A stretch of DNA of 35,548 nt from Octopus sinensis (Eukaryota), in contig NW_021828076.1 of NCBI RefSeq assembly GCF_006345805.1, forward strand, positions 1 through 35,548, in the 5' to 3' direction. Both the position numbers and the translations under genes were made by a program. Positions within the stretch are counted from its first letter, which is position 1. The number at the start of each line of letters is the position of its first letter. The notes under the pieces are model-generated. The model was not told the origin of the DNA. It searched no databases and saw only the letters and a list, made by a program, of their open reading frames with translations. Below, in pieces: positions 22,243 to 35,478 of the stretch.

Positions 22243-22866
22243 TTGGGTGTGGGTGTTGGGTGCATTCAGCTTCACTGCATAAATAGATCTGTGTCATGAG
22301 ATTTTATACCACATCCGTTTGTTTCATAGTCTTTGAATCGAGTTATCATAAAACATCTCCACAATCTTATCGTAACTACAATAATTGTTTTCTTACATAG
22401 ATATAATAATGCTTAAGATTTATATCAGAGGGAGAATGAGAATATGTGGCGTGCATGCTTGTTATAAAAGTACTAATGAAAGTAGATCTGAAATGGTGAC
22501 AGTACAGACACGAAAATGGGTCGAGGACACGTTAAACTAAGGCTATGCAGTCAAGTTAAAGTAAACGTAATTAATAAAATGTGATGGGTTTATCCCTACC
22601 AACAGACTGCACATACTGATCACTAAAATATGGCCGGAAAATGTCATCTGAAAACTTGACCCAATAAATCCTGTATTCGCAACTATCTAAAGAAAACGAC
22701 TTTTCCCAAGCTATAAGATCCCACAAAGAGAAATCTAAAAATACGGGATTGAAATTACGAACGTTCATCGCTGACTAAGGGATATCAGAACGATGGAGGT
22801 CAAATAGTTATAGAATGTAAAGTAGTTAGCGATCGACAGCATCGTATGTGTGTGTGTGTGTGTGTG

Positions 22867-22932
<66 letters not shown>

Positions 22933-23454
22933 AATTGACTCTCCCGTCGAAAACAACGAGTGAATGCTCAGCTTTTGCCGAAGGACCTACGCAAATGATT
23001 TCTTTATAGTGATCAAATGTTCTTGCCGCACATTAGCTCATTCTCTCCATCAAATCGACGTTGTCTGAACAGGTACACTGTGTACCACGTAGGTTTCAAC
23101 CCTAATATTAAACATATTAAACTCCTGCCTTCGCTTGTGCACTCAGGTTGTCCGAATCCGAAGGTTGACTTTGACGTAATACAAAGGGCAGTAGTTGAAT
23201 AATATTTACTCACGCGCAGCATTTTTCAGAGTTTGTCGCTAATTCTATGCTCAACCAAACTGAAAATTGTTAACATTTTTGAAGAGAACTGATCCCTAGC
23301 TACAAGTCTGCCCTCTCCACGATACCGATGTTCATCGAAGGAAGACAGCGCCATCTTGAGTCGAGATTGTTTCGCATTTGTGTTGTCACAGGCATTACTA
23401 TCAGAACCCGAAGAGTCGCCACAGGTACTGTAGGGCATCTTGCCCGATCCTCTT

Positions 23455-23590
23455 GAATTGCTGCTTTATTATTGACCCCGAAAGGACGAACGGTAAAGTT
23501 GACCTCAGTGGGGTTTGAGTGAACTCATAGCGCAGAAAGGCAGAATGAAAACCACGTGACATATCATCCAACGCGCTAACGACTCAGCTA
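23455..23590 (-). mobile_element. Degenerate SINE family A fragment
   Basis: gaccccgaaaggacgaacggtaaagttgacctc core. Confidence 0.55.
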
Positions 23591-23736
23591 CTAAGCAAAC
23601 AATTGACAGAGTCGTTAGCTACTTCCGTCTAAATTCCTAACACGAAAGTTGTTTAAAATTACCTTGAGAAATTGTTTGCGCGTCACACAATTACAATTCC
23701 TGTCTTTATTATCCACGAAGTTGTTGCTGAGAAATC

Positions 23737-23780
<44 letters not shown>

Positions 23781-23973
23781 AGTAGTAGTAGTAGTAGTAG
23801 TAGTACTAGTAGTAGTAATTGTTCTTTAAGCCGACGTTTATCTAGGTTAAGCAATCCTATGATCGAAGACACTCTCACCATATTTAGGATATCTCGGACA
23901 TCACCAATTGAACCGCCTTTGTTCAAGGTGATGGGTACATGTATAAATACATACGTACATACATACATACATG

Positions 23974-24827
23974 CAAGGTCTGACCAACAAGTATCCGGAC
24001 TGTTGCTGTAGTAACGAAGCTAAAGCACGGAGTGTGAAGCGGCTTGGCACAGATTGACCTTGAACTCTGCTGTACATGAGCATTAAGTTTTAACGCCCTA
24101 GCTCACTTCTGCTGTTTGCAGCAATGCTTGGAAGGAACGTGTGTAACGTGTGATCGCCGTATTGACCATGACAGAGAGAGTTGAGCAGAGAATCTGCATC
24201 AAATTTTACCAAAAGTTTGGCGATACCGGCTCAGAGGACGAGGCAAAGTTTTCAAAAAGTTTTCGTTGTTCTCAACACAATCAAGGAGATCTTGTGCAAC
24301 TGAAACTCGAGTGTCTTTTTGGTCAGCTGAAAGCAGTTTTGGCACAAACACAACAGACATGCGTCTCATACCCAAATCTTCAGTGATAATGGACTGGACC
24401 GAACCGTAACTAATCTGCATATCCTCTGATAACTCACGGATGGTGATTCGACGATTTCCCCTCACAGCTGCACGCACATCTGCGATATTTTTGTCTGTTC
24501 TGCTGGTTGCGGGTCTTCCAGAACGTTCATCAATATCGATATTTTTTCGGCCATCTTGAAAACGTCTGAATCACTCGTACATTTGTGTACGGTTCATACA
24601 CTTCCCTCCATAGACTTTCTGCAAGTTCGAGCAGGCCTCTGAGCAGGTATTGCCATGAAAGCTTTCTCTGTCATAGTCAATGCGACGATCACACGCTACA
24701 CACCTTCCTTCCAAGTACTGCACATGCACAGCAGAGTTCAAGGTTAATCTGTGCCAAGTGACTTCACTCTGCGTGCTTTAGCTTCGTTACTATGGCAACA
24801 GTCCGGATACTTATTGATCAGACCTCA
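23974..24827. mobile_element. Tc1/mariner relic made of two inverted left ends with transposase N-terminal fragments
   Basis: Long inverted ends (aggtctga.caa.aagtatccggactgttgc...), TA at 24828-24829. The minus strand encodes DERSGRPATS..RRITIRELSEDMQISYGSVQSIITEDLGMRR..FVPKLL; the plus strand encodes MTERVEQRICIKF. Confidence 0.9.
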
Positions 24828-24934
24828 TACATACACACACACACACACGATGGCTGTCATTCGATTTCGAGCAATGCCATCTCTTGATTGTTCTCTAAAA
24901 CATGAGTAGCATAGATCTGACTTTTCAGTTTTAC

Positions 24935-25037
24935 TAGAGACTTTTTTGCCGAACGGCTAAGTTACGGGGCTGTAAACAAACGAGCACCGGTTGTCAAGTG
25001 GTTACTGGGGTAGACAGAGATACACATACACACACAT

Positions 25038-25110
<73 letters not shown>

Positions 25111-25496
25111 AAGGGGTGAACAGTTCTATATGCTACGGTGGATACGATGGTTGTTCGTCTGGTATGTTGATTTTGTTCATTCATTATAAATCTTGAATTC
25201 GCTGTACTGATGAGTAAGGGACGCAGCCACTGCGTTGATTACGAAATCACTGGTGATCTGCAGCTAAATTCTGTTTTTAAATTACTTGCTTCGAGACTTG
25301 CGTTCGGTACGATATGCTTATTTTGGTAGTTTTGACTTTAAAAGTCCCCCCTAGCGTGCGGCATTTATGTGTAATAATGCCCTCTATATAATATAAATAA
25401 ATATATTCAAGTGAAAAAAGTTTACAGATTTTTTCTCTTATGAGGTTTTTCACGCTAACTACTTGATAATTTCTTATGAAGATTTTATCCTATTTT

Positions 25497-25546
<50 letters not shown>

Positions 25547-25789
25547 TATATATAGTTAATCCAAACAAGAAAACACAAAAAAACACAACAACGCGAGGAC
25601 GTGGAACAAATATAGTATTATTGAACGCTCATATATGGGTATCTTTCAGTTTCCGCCTGCTAAATCCACTCACAACGCTTTGGTCGGAGCGAGGCTACAG
25701 TAAAAGAAACTCCTCCTAGGTATCACGTAGTGGGACTGAACCTGAAACCGTGCGGTTGAGAAGTAAGCATTTTTTACCGTACACCCACA
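24935..25789 (-). mobile_element. SINE family B split by nested insertions, including a truncated family D copy at 25553-25629
   Basis: 3' part at ~24935-25020 and 5' part at ~25640-25789. Confidence 0.5.
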
Positions 25790-25844
25790 CCTCTGTATGT
25801 GTATGTGCGTGCGTGTGCGTGCGTGTGTGTGTGTGTGTGTGTGT

Positions 25845-25879
<35 letters not shown>

Positions 25880-26099
25880 TGGTGTGTGTGTTTATCTTTT
25901 CGGCAAGGGAGAGGGTAGAGCCCTTGAACTGTAAAAGGGCCACCGACACTGATGTAAGGGACGAAGGGAGAAAGGGATTTTGTATCTTCAAACTGAAGAT
26001 CTAGCGCCTGAATACTTGCAACAAAGTGGACTCCATTAAGGGAACCCAAGTCGACAGACAATGGTGCTGAAACTCAGCGACAAATTCAAGTACGAACAA

Positions 26100-26600
26100 G
26101 AGTATGCATGTATATATGCATGCATGTATATATATTTATGTATGCAAGCATGGATACATGTATACATGTAGGTATGAATGCGTGTATGTATGCATGTAAG
26201 CATTATGTATGCGTTTATGTATGTATGCACACAAGTATGCATGTATGTATGTATGTATGTATGTGTTTATGTAGGTATGTATGTATGTATGTACACATGT
26301 ATGCATGTATGTATGTGTTTATGTAGGTATGTATGCATGTATATATGTATGCAACGTATGTATATATGAATGCATGAATGTATGCATGTATGCAAGTATA
26401 TATGTATGTATACTTTATTGAAATGCATGTATGTACGTATGAATATATATATGTATGTATGTATGTATGTACGTACGTACGTATGTATGTATGTGTGTGT
26501 GTATGTATGTATGTATGCATGCATGCATGTATGTATGTATGTATGTATGCATGTATGTATGTATGTATGTATGTATGTATGTATGTATGTATGTACATAT
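26100..26600. repeat. Degenerate (TATG)n microsatellite
   Basis: Seen directly; source of many spurious ORFs. Confidence 0.95.
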
Positions 26601-27242
26601 GTATGGAGCTCATTATTTCTTGAATCTGTGTTAGACTCTACAGTATACGATAGACAGACATTACCTTGACCTTAGTCTGCACAATTTTACTCCACTATTA
26701 CTATAACTGCATAACGAAACAAAAGACCAAGTTCTGCTAAACTAAAATATTATAATTATCACACCATACGTTACACTAGTTTACTTCAATATCCGTATTT
26801 CTCTTTCAAATATTTACATTTTAATTTAGTGCTATGCTTTAAACACAAAGATTACAACTGGCTGTTTTTTTCGTACAATGTAGTAGTTTCTTTATTCTTT
26901 TGTTCTTGCTCCACTCATTACTAATTGTTATGGCACACTTCTTTGAAATTTCTATTGTTTAAGTCACATGGCTTGGCTTTTATCTAGTTACCGTCGTAGA
27001 AGAAATTTGGCTGCGGAGAAAAAAAAAATCATTAAACCGTTCCTTAGAGTTATTTTTCCCGGCACAAAAGCGAATAAATACATATGTTAAAAAAAAAAGG
27101 AATAAAAAACTGTTATTTATTTAGTTTGTTGTGACCTTGTATTGTTTTATTTTCCAGTTCAATCCTACATGTTTTCCATGATGTCATTTTACTTTGTGTT
27201 CTAATTTGTTACTTATTTACTTCTATATTTTTGTTCAAAGGA

Positions 27243-28242
27243 AGGCGGCGAGCTGGCAGAAACGATAGCACGCCGGGCGAGGTGCTGAGCGGTGTTTCGT
27301 CTGCCGTTACGTTCTGAGTTCAAATTCCGCTGAGGTCGACTTTGCCTTTCATCCATTCGGGGTCGATAAATTAAGTACCAGTTACGCACTAGGGTCGATG
27401 TAATTGGCCTAATCCGTTTGTCTGTCCTTGTTTGTCCCCTCTATGTTTAGCCCCTTGTAGGCAATAAAGAAATAAGAAACGTTAGCACGCCGGGTAAAAT
27501 GCTTAGCAGTATTTCGTCTGCCGCTACGTTCTGAGTTTAAATTCCGCCGAGGTCGGCTTTGCCTTTCATCCTTTCGGGGTCGATAAATTAAGTATCAGTT
27601 ACGCACTGGGGTCGATGTAATCGACTTAATCCCTTTGTCTCTCCTTGTTTGTCCCTCTGTGTTTAGCCCCTTCTGGGTAGTAAAGAAATAGGTATTTCGT
27701 CTGTCGTAACGTTTTGAGTTCAAATTCTGCCAAGGTCGACTTTGCCTTTCATCCTCTCGGAGTCGATTAAATAAGTACCAGTTACGCACTGGGGTCGATA
27801 TAATCGACTTAATCCCTTTGTCTCTCCTTGTTTGTCCCCTCTGTGTTTAGCCCCTTCTGGGTAGTAAAGAAATAGGTATTTCGTTTGTCGTTACGTTCTG
27901 AGTTCAAATTCCGCCGAGGTCGACTTTGCCTTTCATCCTCTCGGGGTCGATTAAATAAGTACCAGTTACGCACTGGGGTCGGTATAATCGACTTAATCTG
28001 TTTGTCTCTCCTTGTTTGTCCCCTCTGTGTTTAGCCCCTTGTGGGTAGTAAAGAAATAGGTATTTCGTCTGTCGTTACGCTCTGAGTTCAAATTCTGCCG
28101 AGGTCGACTTTGTCTTTCATCCTTTCGGGGTAGATAAATAAAGTACCAGTTTCGCAATTGGGTCGTTGTAATCGACTTAATCCTTTTGTATGTCCTTGTT
28201 TGTCCCCTCTATGTTTAGCCCCTTGTGAATAATAAAGAAATA
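27243..28242 (+). mobile_element. Head-to-tail array of five SINE family A units
   Basis: Units 27243-27474, 27475-27690, 27691-27874, 27875-28058 and 28059-28242. Confidence 0.9.
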
Positions 28243-28473
28243 TATATTTTTGTTCAAATTTTAATTTATTTTATTTTTTTCTTGGATTTAATGATTGTAT
28301 ATGACCCTAGGTTAGTTCGGATCGAACGGATTTATGATCAAAAATATTCCAACTGCAAGAGACCGACACTTTTTTCTCAGATATTGTTTATCCTTGGCTT
28401 ACCTTATTTAATGTATCCTTCCTCGCATGGCTTTTAAGATAATAGGCAAGATCGGCGCGGGCAGGATGTTATC

Positions 28474-28705
28474 TATTTCTTTACTACCCACAAGGGGCTA
28501 AACACAGAGGGGACAAACACATACAGACAAACGGATTAAGTCGATTACATCGACCCCAGTGCGTAACTGGTACTTAATTTATCGACCCCGAAAGGATGAA
28601 AGGCAAAGTCGACCTCGGCGGAATTTGAACTCAGAACGTAGCGGCAGATGAAATACGATTACGCATTTCGCCCGGCGTGCCAACGTTTCCGCCAGCTCGC
28701 CGCCT
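28474..28705 (-). mobile_element. SINE family A, full length, inverted relative to the array
   Basis: Reverse complement of array unit 1. Confidence 0.85.
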
Positions 28706-30056
28706 TCCGGGAGGATTTTATCTCCAGCAAGTCGAACGACAACGTTGAGGTTCCTTCGAGGGCTCTGCTTTTTTTTTGTTGATGTTCTTTTCATTAATTT
28801 TGTTTTACAGTTATTTTACGACAGACGAGCCTAATATTCTTAGTCATGATCATTCTGTCTAGAGACAAATTCATATATTCTATTAAAATATATTTCAATA
28901 GAATACATGTCACGAGGACTTTTTTCAGCTATTATTTTTTCCACTATAACTATTCCACTACGTAAAAAGTCCGACTCGGTGCAGTCACCAAAGTGGAAAC
29001 ACTAAAACTAATGTTTTTAAAGTTAATAATTGACAAAATAACACATCATAGCTTTTTAATATTGTTTTAAATATGCTATGTCGGGCAAAATGCTTGGCGA
29101 CATTTCCTCCGCCTTTACAATCTGAGTTCAAATTCCGCCAAGGTCGACTTTGCCTTTCTTCCTTTCCGGGTCGATAAAATAAGTACTAGTCGAGCACTGG
29201 GTGAATCTAATTGATTTAACTCCTCCTCCGAAATTTCTGGTCCTGCGCAAAAATTTGAAATTAATATTTTAAAATATGCCGTTGTTTTTTTTTTTTTTTA
29301 ATAAAATTTTCATTAAATATCTAGTATATTTATACAATGATACAATTTTTCCGCTGTTACGAACAATAGCCGTAGATACACCCCTGAGCACACCCTGAGC
29401 AAGATACACCCCTCACTCCAAAACCTTTCAATATATTGAACTTAGTGTTTGTATCACAAATCATTAGCATACGAAGGAAGTAAAGTGGAAGAATTGTGTT
29501 TTTGTGAATAACAAAAGCTTGCCGAGAGTAATACGTAGACCACACATCCTGTTTGAATGATTTATTATTTTTTATAGTATTTAGCATGCTCAAATAGGAA
29601 ATAAGAGAGATATATAATGGTTTCGAATTTAGACACATGACCGAGAAGTTTAAGAGGAGAAATTAATCAATTCCATCAACTCCATTACATGACCGATACT
29701 TTATTTTAATGACTTCTTAAAGTTGATAGGCAAGGTTGACCTCGACGAATCTGGACTCAGAACATGAAACTGGTGTGTACCGAAAAGTATATAATGAATG
29801 GAAACACAAGAGGTTGTGATACAAGGGTGGAAACACGTGTCAGTATAGGAGAGACGTCTGGAAATTCTCCAAATTTTCTTGGCTATGACACTCCAATGAT
29901 CCGGTTAGTGCGCACGCACACACCCGCCCACCCAAACACGCATACACAAAATTTAACATTAAAGATAAAGATGAATTCCGCGTACGTCGCTGCTCAGTGG
30001 AGCCAAATCAATCTATAAGTTATCCCCAAAATAAGAGAAGCCGTTCATTCTTTTTA

Positions 30057-30099
<43 letters not shown>

Positions 30100-30102
<3 letters not shown>

Positions 30103-30464
30103 TAGTATATTTTTTATATCGTGCTTTCACTTCACTACCGAGCGCAGCTCTGTGTGCCTTAGGTATGTGCTGTGATTTGTTGTGATGCTCTAATGGTTAT
30201 TGTATGGAAAGTGTTTTGCGTAGGATGTGTGCAGTGCCTAGTAGTGCAATTTTCTGTATGTTATATGTGTTTGTAAGTCCTGGTGTTTTTGTTATGTATT
30301 TGTCTGAATATTTTTTTATCATGCCTAATGCACCTACTATGATAGGAATTGTTTCTGTTTTTAGATTCCACATTCTGGTTACTTCTATTTCCAGGTCTTT
30401 GTATTTTGAGAGTTTCTCCATTTCTTTTAGAGACACGTTGTCATCTGCCGGTATTGATACATCA

Positions 30465-30466
<2 letters not shown>
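30100..30466 (-). mobile_element. R4/Dong-clade LINE 3' end no. 1 (restriction-like endonuclease C-terminus)
   Basis: IDVSIPADDNVSLKEMEKLSKYKDLEIEVTRMW..IPIIVGALG..QKIALLGTAHILRK; flanked by (ATT)n on both sides. Confidence 0.85.
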
Positions 30467-30526
<60 letters not shown>

Positions 30527-30540
30527 CATTATTATTATTT

Positions 30541-30768
30541 CTTTTTGTCACAGGTTTTGTTGGAACTCCTGCAGTCTTGTATGCGTAGCGGGTTTGCTAC
30601 TAGCAGCATACAGTACCATGCTATCCGTTCTTTTCAGCTATCTAATACTTTCTTGATTATTCTGATCGTGCCAAGGAGACAAACCTTTTATATCAGTTCT
30701 ACAGGACACTCTATTCCAATTTCCTTGATATCCCTCTTGATTCTTTCTGATACTGTTCCCAAGGACCC

Positions 30769-30769
<1 letters not shown>
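30541..30769 (-). mobile_element. R4/Dong-clade LINE 3' end no. 2
   Basis: GSLGTVSERIKRDIKEIGIECPVELI*KVCLLGTIRIIKKVL, with a distinct 3'UTR; flanked by (ATT)n. Confidence 0.7.
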
Positions 30770-30838
<69 letters not shown>

Positions 30839-30839
<1 letters not shown>

Positions 30840-32696
30840 GACGTCGCACAGTATACAATATCGTGAGGTTGTTGATTGGAGATTTCTGTCTACTGGGGGT
30901 TTTACTGTTTGTCAAGTCATAACAAGGACCTCAGACAGACAGTACTTTACGCAATATGCGTGCAGTTCCAAGTAATGCTGACTTTTGCAATGCATCAAGA
31001 TTGTAGGGTATTTCTAAGGTTTTCAGATATCTTTTCAGGCTGGGTGGTATTGAACCCAATGCTCCAATGACAATAGGGATAAACTTTATGTTTGACTCTC
31101 GTAGCTGCCACATCTTAGCGATCTCAATTCTCAGGTCTCCATATTTATCACCTTTTCTCTTTCTTTCATGATGATATGTTGATCCCCTGGCACTGCCACG
31201 TTCATTATTAGGCACTCTTGTTTGTCTCTCCTAAAGGTTACTATATCCGATCCTCGGTGTTCTAACACCTTGTCTGTCTGGAAATCAAAGTCCCAGAGGA
31301 TTTTTGCCTTCCCCTTTTCGTCCATTTCCTTTTTTGGTGTATGTTGGTACCAACACTCGTAACCTCATATCCATACTTACGGCATAGTAGCCAGTGGAGG
31401 TTTTGGGCTACCTTGTTGTGTCTATGCTTGTACTCTTTCTGCGCAAGACTTTCACAAGCACTAACAATGTGAGTCACGCTTTTGAACCGCTTCCCACATA
31501 TTTTGCCGAGGATCGATGCACTAATATGGTATATATTCTTTTTCACTGAGTTGGTATTCAATGCCTGGTCCTGGACAGCGATGATTAGGCTTTCAGTATT
31601 CTTTTTTAGGTCACCCTTGTTGAGCCACTTCCATGATACTTCCTGGTCTTTTAATTTGTTGGTTTCACAGTGGAACTGACCATGTAATTCAATACGGAGT
31701 AGGGTTTCTTCTTTCTCGTTGGCTGTTCTTGATCAGAATTCATGAGCACTCACAAGTCAATTTTTGTTTACTCCTTCTGTACTAGCATCATATTATATGA
31801 GGTCTTGTTTGCTACTTACCAAATAGACTACCATGTTTCTTCTTTCATTGTTGATGCACTCCCGTAAGCTAATCAGCACACTTCCACCTTTACTTCTCTT
31901 CATAGAGCCTATATGCAGTTGCCTTAGGGTGGAGGGCACCATGCATTGTCACAGTCTTTCGTGTAGTGCGATCGAGTTGGGTGGACTATAGCGTACTACA
32001 GCAACAGCACATGTGCTGATGGCAGTCACAAAGTTCCTTGAGTTGAGCTTTGATTTCAAGAGACGTTTGAGGCGCTTGAAATATGCAGTGATGAACGTGT
32101 CTTTCATTTTTTTTTTGTGCAAGATATTGTCCAGCTCCAGGATCCCGAGGTACTTGTACCCATCTCCATTCGGGTCTTCCATTCCCTTTCCGTTTGGCAA
32201 TTCTATGCTCTACAATTAATTCTTTTCCCCCGCTTCAAAGTAAACACTGCACACTTAGAGATATTGAATTCCATCCCTATATCCTTGCTGCACATTTGCA
32301 CAGTCTCAACCAGCCTCTCCATTTCAGGCTCTGTTTTTGCGAACAGTTTTAAATCATCCATGAAGAGAGAATGTGGTTGAGGCGTGGTCTTTTCTTTCTC
32401 AGCTCATAGTGCACACTGATTTTACGTAGGACTACAGAAAGTGGGATCAAGGCTATAACAAATAACAGAGGTGAACAAGAGTCTCCTTGGAAGACACCTC
32501 TTTTGATTGTTACCTCGGCTAAGTGCTGGTTGTTACAGGAAAGACACGTTTTCAAATAGGCATGCTGTTTTTAAGCAGTACACACACGTTCTCAGCTATT
32601 CCACACATGTCGAGTGTTTCCAAAATCCACGAATGCAGCAACTTGTCGTAAGCCTTTTTGAAGTCTATCCAGGCCATGCTTAAGCTTTTTGGTACC
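30839..32696 (-). mobile_element. R4/Dong-clade LINE no. 3, 5'-truncated, with RT, zinc knuckle and RLE pseudo-ORF
   Basis: AWIDFKKAYD, GVFQGDSCSPLLF, LFMDDLKLF, YKYLGILE, C..CG..ESVTHIVSAC, ILWDF..QTD, IPIVIGALG, QKSALLGTARILRKVL; multiple frameshifts. Confidence 0.9.
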
Positions 32697-32954
32697 GTTT
32701 ATAGTCCATTATAACCTTGTTGAAATAACCGAAATACAACTACTTCAACAAAAAATAACTTCCAAAATACAGAATTTTATCAACAACGCCTAGAGGACAA
32801 GATGTTTTATGTGACACATTCTACCAGTATATGAAGTTTGAAAGTGTTTAGTTACAAAAAATTATTTTCTAAATCTGTCGGTCAAAAGGTAAAGATCCCA
32901 TAAATATATATACATACATATATAAACACTCATCACTATGTGTGTGTGTGTGTG

Positions 32955-33118
32955 CACAAGCATGTGGCTGTGCAATAAGAAGTTTGCTCGTCAACCACAT
33001 GGCTCCAGGTACACTCTCACAGCGGGATACCTCGGTAAGATGTCTTCTACTGTTGCCACGGTTAAACCAAAGCGCTGTGGGCGGATTTGATAGGCGGAAA
33101 TTGAAGGAAACCCGTCAT

Positions 33119-33120
<2 letters not shown>
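32955..33120 (+). mobile_element. Degenerate SINE family B, 5' half
   Basis: gtggctgtgcaataagaagtttgct..gaaggaaacccgtc. Confidence 0.6.
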
Positions 33121-33171
<51 letters not shown>

Positions 33172-33309
33172 GAGGTAGGTCTTAGGGTTTCCGCATCCAC
33201 CTACCCTTCGTGCCCAAGTCAATATAGACTTGTCCAGCTTACGGAAAAGAGCTGTCTCCATAAAAGCGTCACCAGGGTGGACCATCTCTCCCCGCCTGCC
33301 TTCGCTACT

Positions 33310-33350
33310 GATGCATGCACGCGCACATACATACAAACATATATACCTAC

Positions 33351-33381
<31 letters not shown>

Positions 33382-33731
33382 CATACATACCCGTAAAGGC
33401 AGATATACACACATATATACAAACACATACACACATATATACACACACATACACACATACATACGTACGTGCATACATACAAACAAACCTACGTATACAC
33501 ACACATACACATATATATGTAGGCAAAAACATACACACATAAACGCATACATACATGCATATATACACACATACACACATACATACTTACATACATACAC
33601 ATACATACACAAATACATACAAACGTACCCATACGTATATGCATGTATACATACACACATACACACATACACATTCAACGTACAAAGATACATACATAAT
33701 ACATACATACATACATACATACATACATACA

Positions 33732-33760
<29 letters not shown>
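33310..33760. repeat. (ACAT)n/(AC)n compound microsatellite
   Basis: Seen directly. Confidence 0.95.
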
Positions 33761-33762
<2 letters not shown>

Positions 33763-33852
33763 CCAATCCATCACTGGAACTGTATTTGTGTTTGTACGTA
33801 TGCAATTATGCATGTATATGTTTTTGTGTGTATGTATATATTTTTAATTCAA

Positions 33853-34321
33853 TTATTTGTTTCAGTCATTTGATTGCAGTTATACTGGAGCACTGCCTTT
33901 AGTCAAGCAAAACAACCCCCCAGGATTTATTCTTTGTAAGCCTAGTACTTATTCTATTGGTTTCTCTTGCCGAAACGCTAAGTGACGGGGACGTAAGCAC
34001 ACCAGCATCGATTGTCAGGCGATGTTGAGGGGGGGGGTAAAAACACAGACACACAAACATATGCATACACACACACACGCACACACATACACACACACAC
34101 ACAAAGACACACACACACACACACGCACATAAATATATATATATATATATATATAATATACGACGAGCTTCTTTCAGTTTCCGTCTACCAAATCCACTCA
34201 CAAGGCTTTGGTCGGTACGAGGCTATAGTAGAAGACACTTGCCCAAGGTGCTACGCAGTGGGACTGAACCCGGAACCATATGGTTGGTAAGGAAGCTACT
34301 TACCACACAGCCACGTGCCTA
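33853..34321 (-). mobile_element. SINE family B, full length
   Basis: Reverse copy with internal microsatellite. Confidence 0.85.
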
Positions 34322-34338
34322 TATATATATAGATAGAT

Positions 34339-34405
<67 letters not shown>

Positions 34406-35284
34406 CAGATAGATAGATAGATAGATAGATAGATATACAAGATATATATGATAGATGTATATGTATATATATATAAATTAAAAATACACACTCATGTATG
34501 CATGTATGTATGAATGTATGTGTGTGTATGTATGTATGTATGTATGTATGTATGTATGTATGTATGTATGTATGTAGTAAAACTTTCCAGAAGTTTATCA
34601 TTTAAGTATATGAGCATGTCTAGACATACAGCTATATGCATGAGAATACATATATAAAGCAAAATATACCAATCTGCACACACACATACATACATACATA
34701 CATACATACATGTTGTTGATATTGAAATGTCAATGAAAGAGCCTTGGATCTAGGTTAGAAGTCGGCTCTTTCTCTATTCGCAAGAAATCTTGAAATATAA
34801 CTGAATAATGACATACGTAACATAACATAACACGAACAATTTTATTGATTTCGGACGACAGCTCTCTAACAATCATGCAAAAGTTCAGAGTATACAGTGC
34901 GTGAATCTTACGTCATCAATTATTCGACAAATAACAAAAATCTTTTCTAAGCAGATGAACAAACATCCGTGAGAAAGTTTTAAAACGCAAATACTTAATA
35001 CACAGTAGTAGATAAAAAGGTGCAGTAATTTTTCTGTGAAAATTACGACATAATTATTTTCACTGCTTTTATATTGTAGAAGTGGGAAAATCTTAACATG
35101 AAGGCTAGAATTTCCACGCGCACTCGAATGTTATGTATGTATGTATGTATGTGTGTGTGTATGTATGTGTATATATATATGTTTTTATGTATATATATGT
35201 GTATATGTTTGTACGTACGTATATATCTGTCAGTATATGTCTATGTCCGTCATATATATTTTTATATATATATATATATATATA

Positions 35285-35478
35285 TAGTTAATCCAAACAG
35301 GAACACACAAAGGGAAAACACAACAACGCGAGGACGTGGAACAAATATAGTGTTATGGGACGCGCAGGAAAGGAAAGAAAGAAGGAAGGATTTAACGTTT
35401 CGAGCGGAGCTCTTCGTCAGAAATATAGAAAAAGGAAAAGTCCAGGGGAAATCGCCAACGATACACACGCGGTCACAC
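35285..35478 (-). mobile_element. Family D element
   Basis: Reverse copy of 13224-13423, flanked by (TA)n. Confidence 0.7.
35390..35424 (-). ncRNA. Minimal type I hammerhead-ribozyme-like motif, intact
   Basis: Reverse complement attt-CTGACGA-a-gagc(tcc)gctc-GAAAC-GTT-aaat. Confidence 0.65.

Noticed and set aside
23820-23940. Short ORF-like segment beside (TAG)n, a possible LINE 3' end
   Set aside because: No recognisable motif; cannot be classified.
27243-28242. CRISPR-like or tRNA-gene array
   Set aside because: The units are whole SINE copies without unique spacers and do not form a complete tRNA cloverleaf; eukaryotic context.
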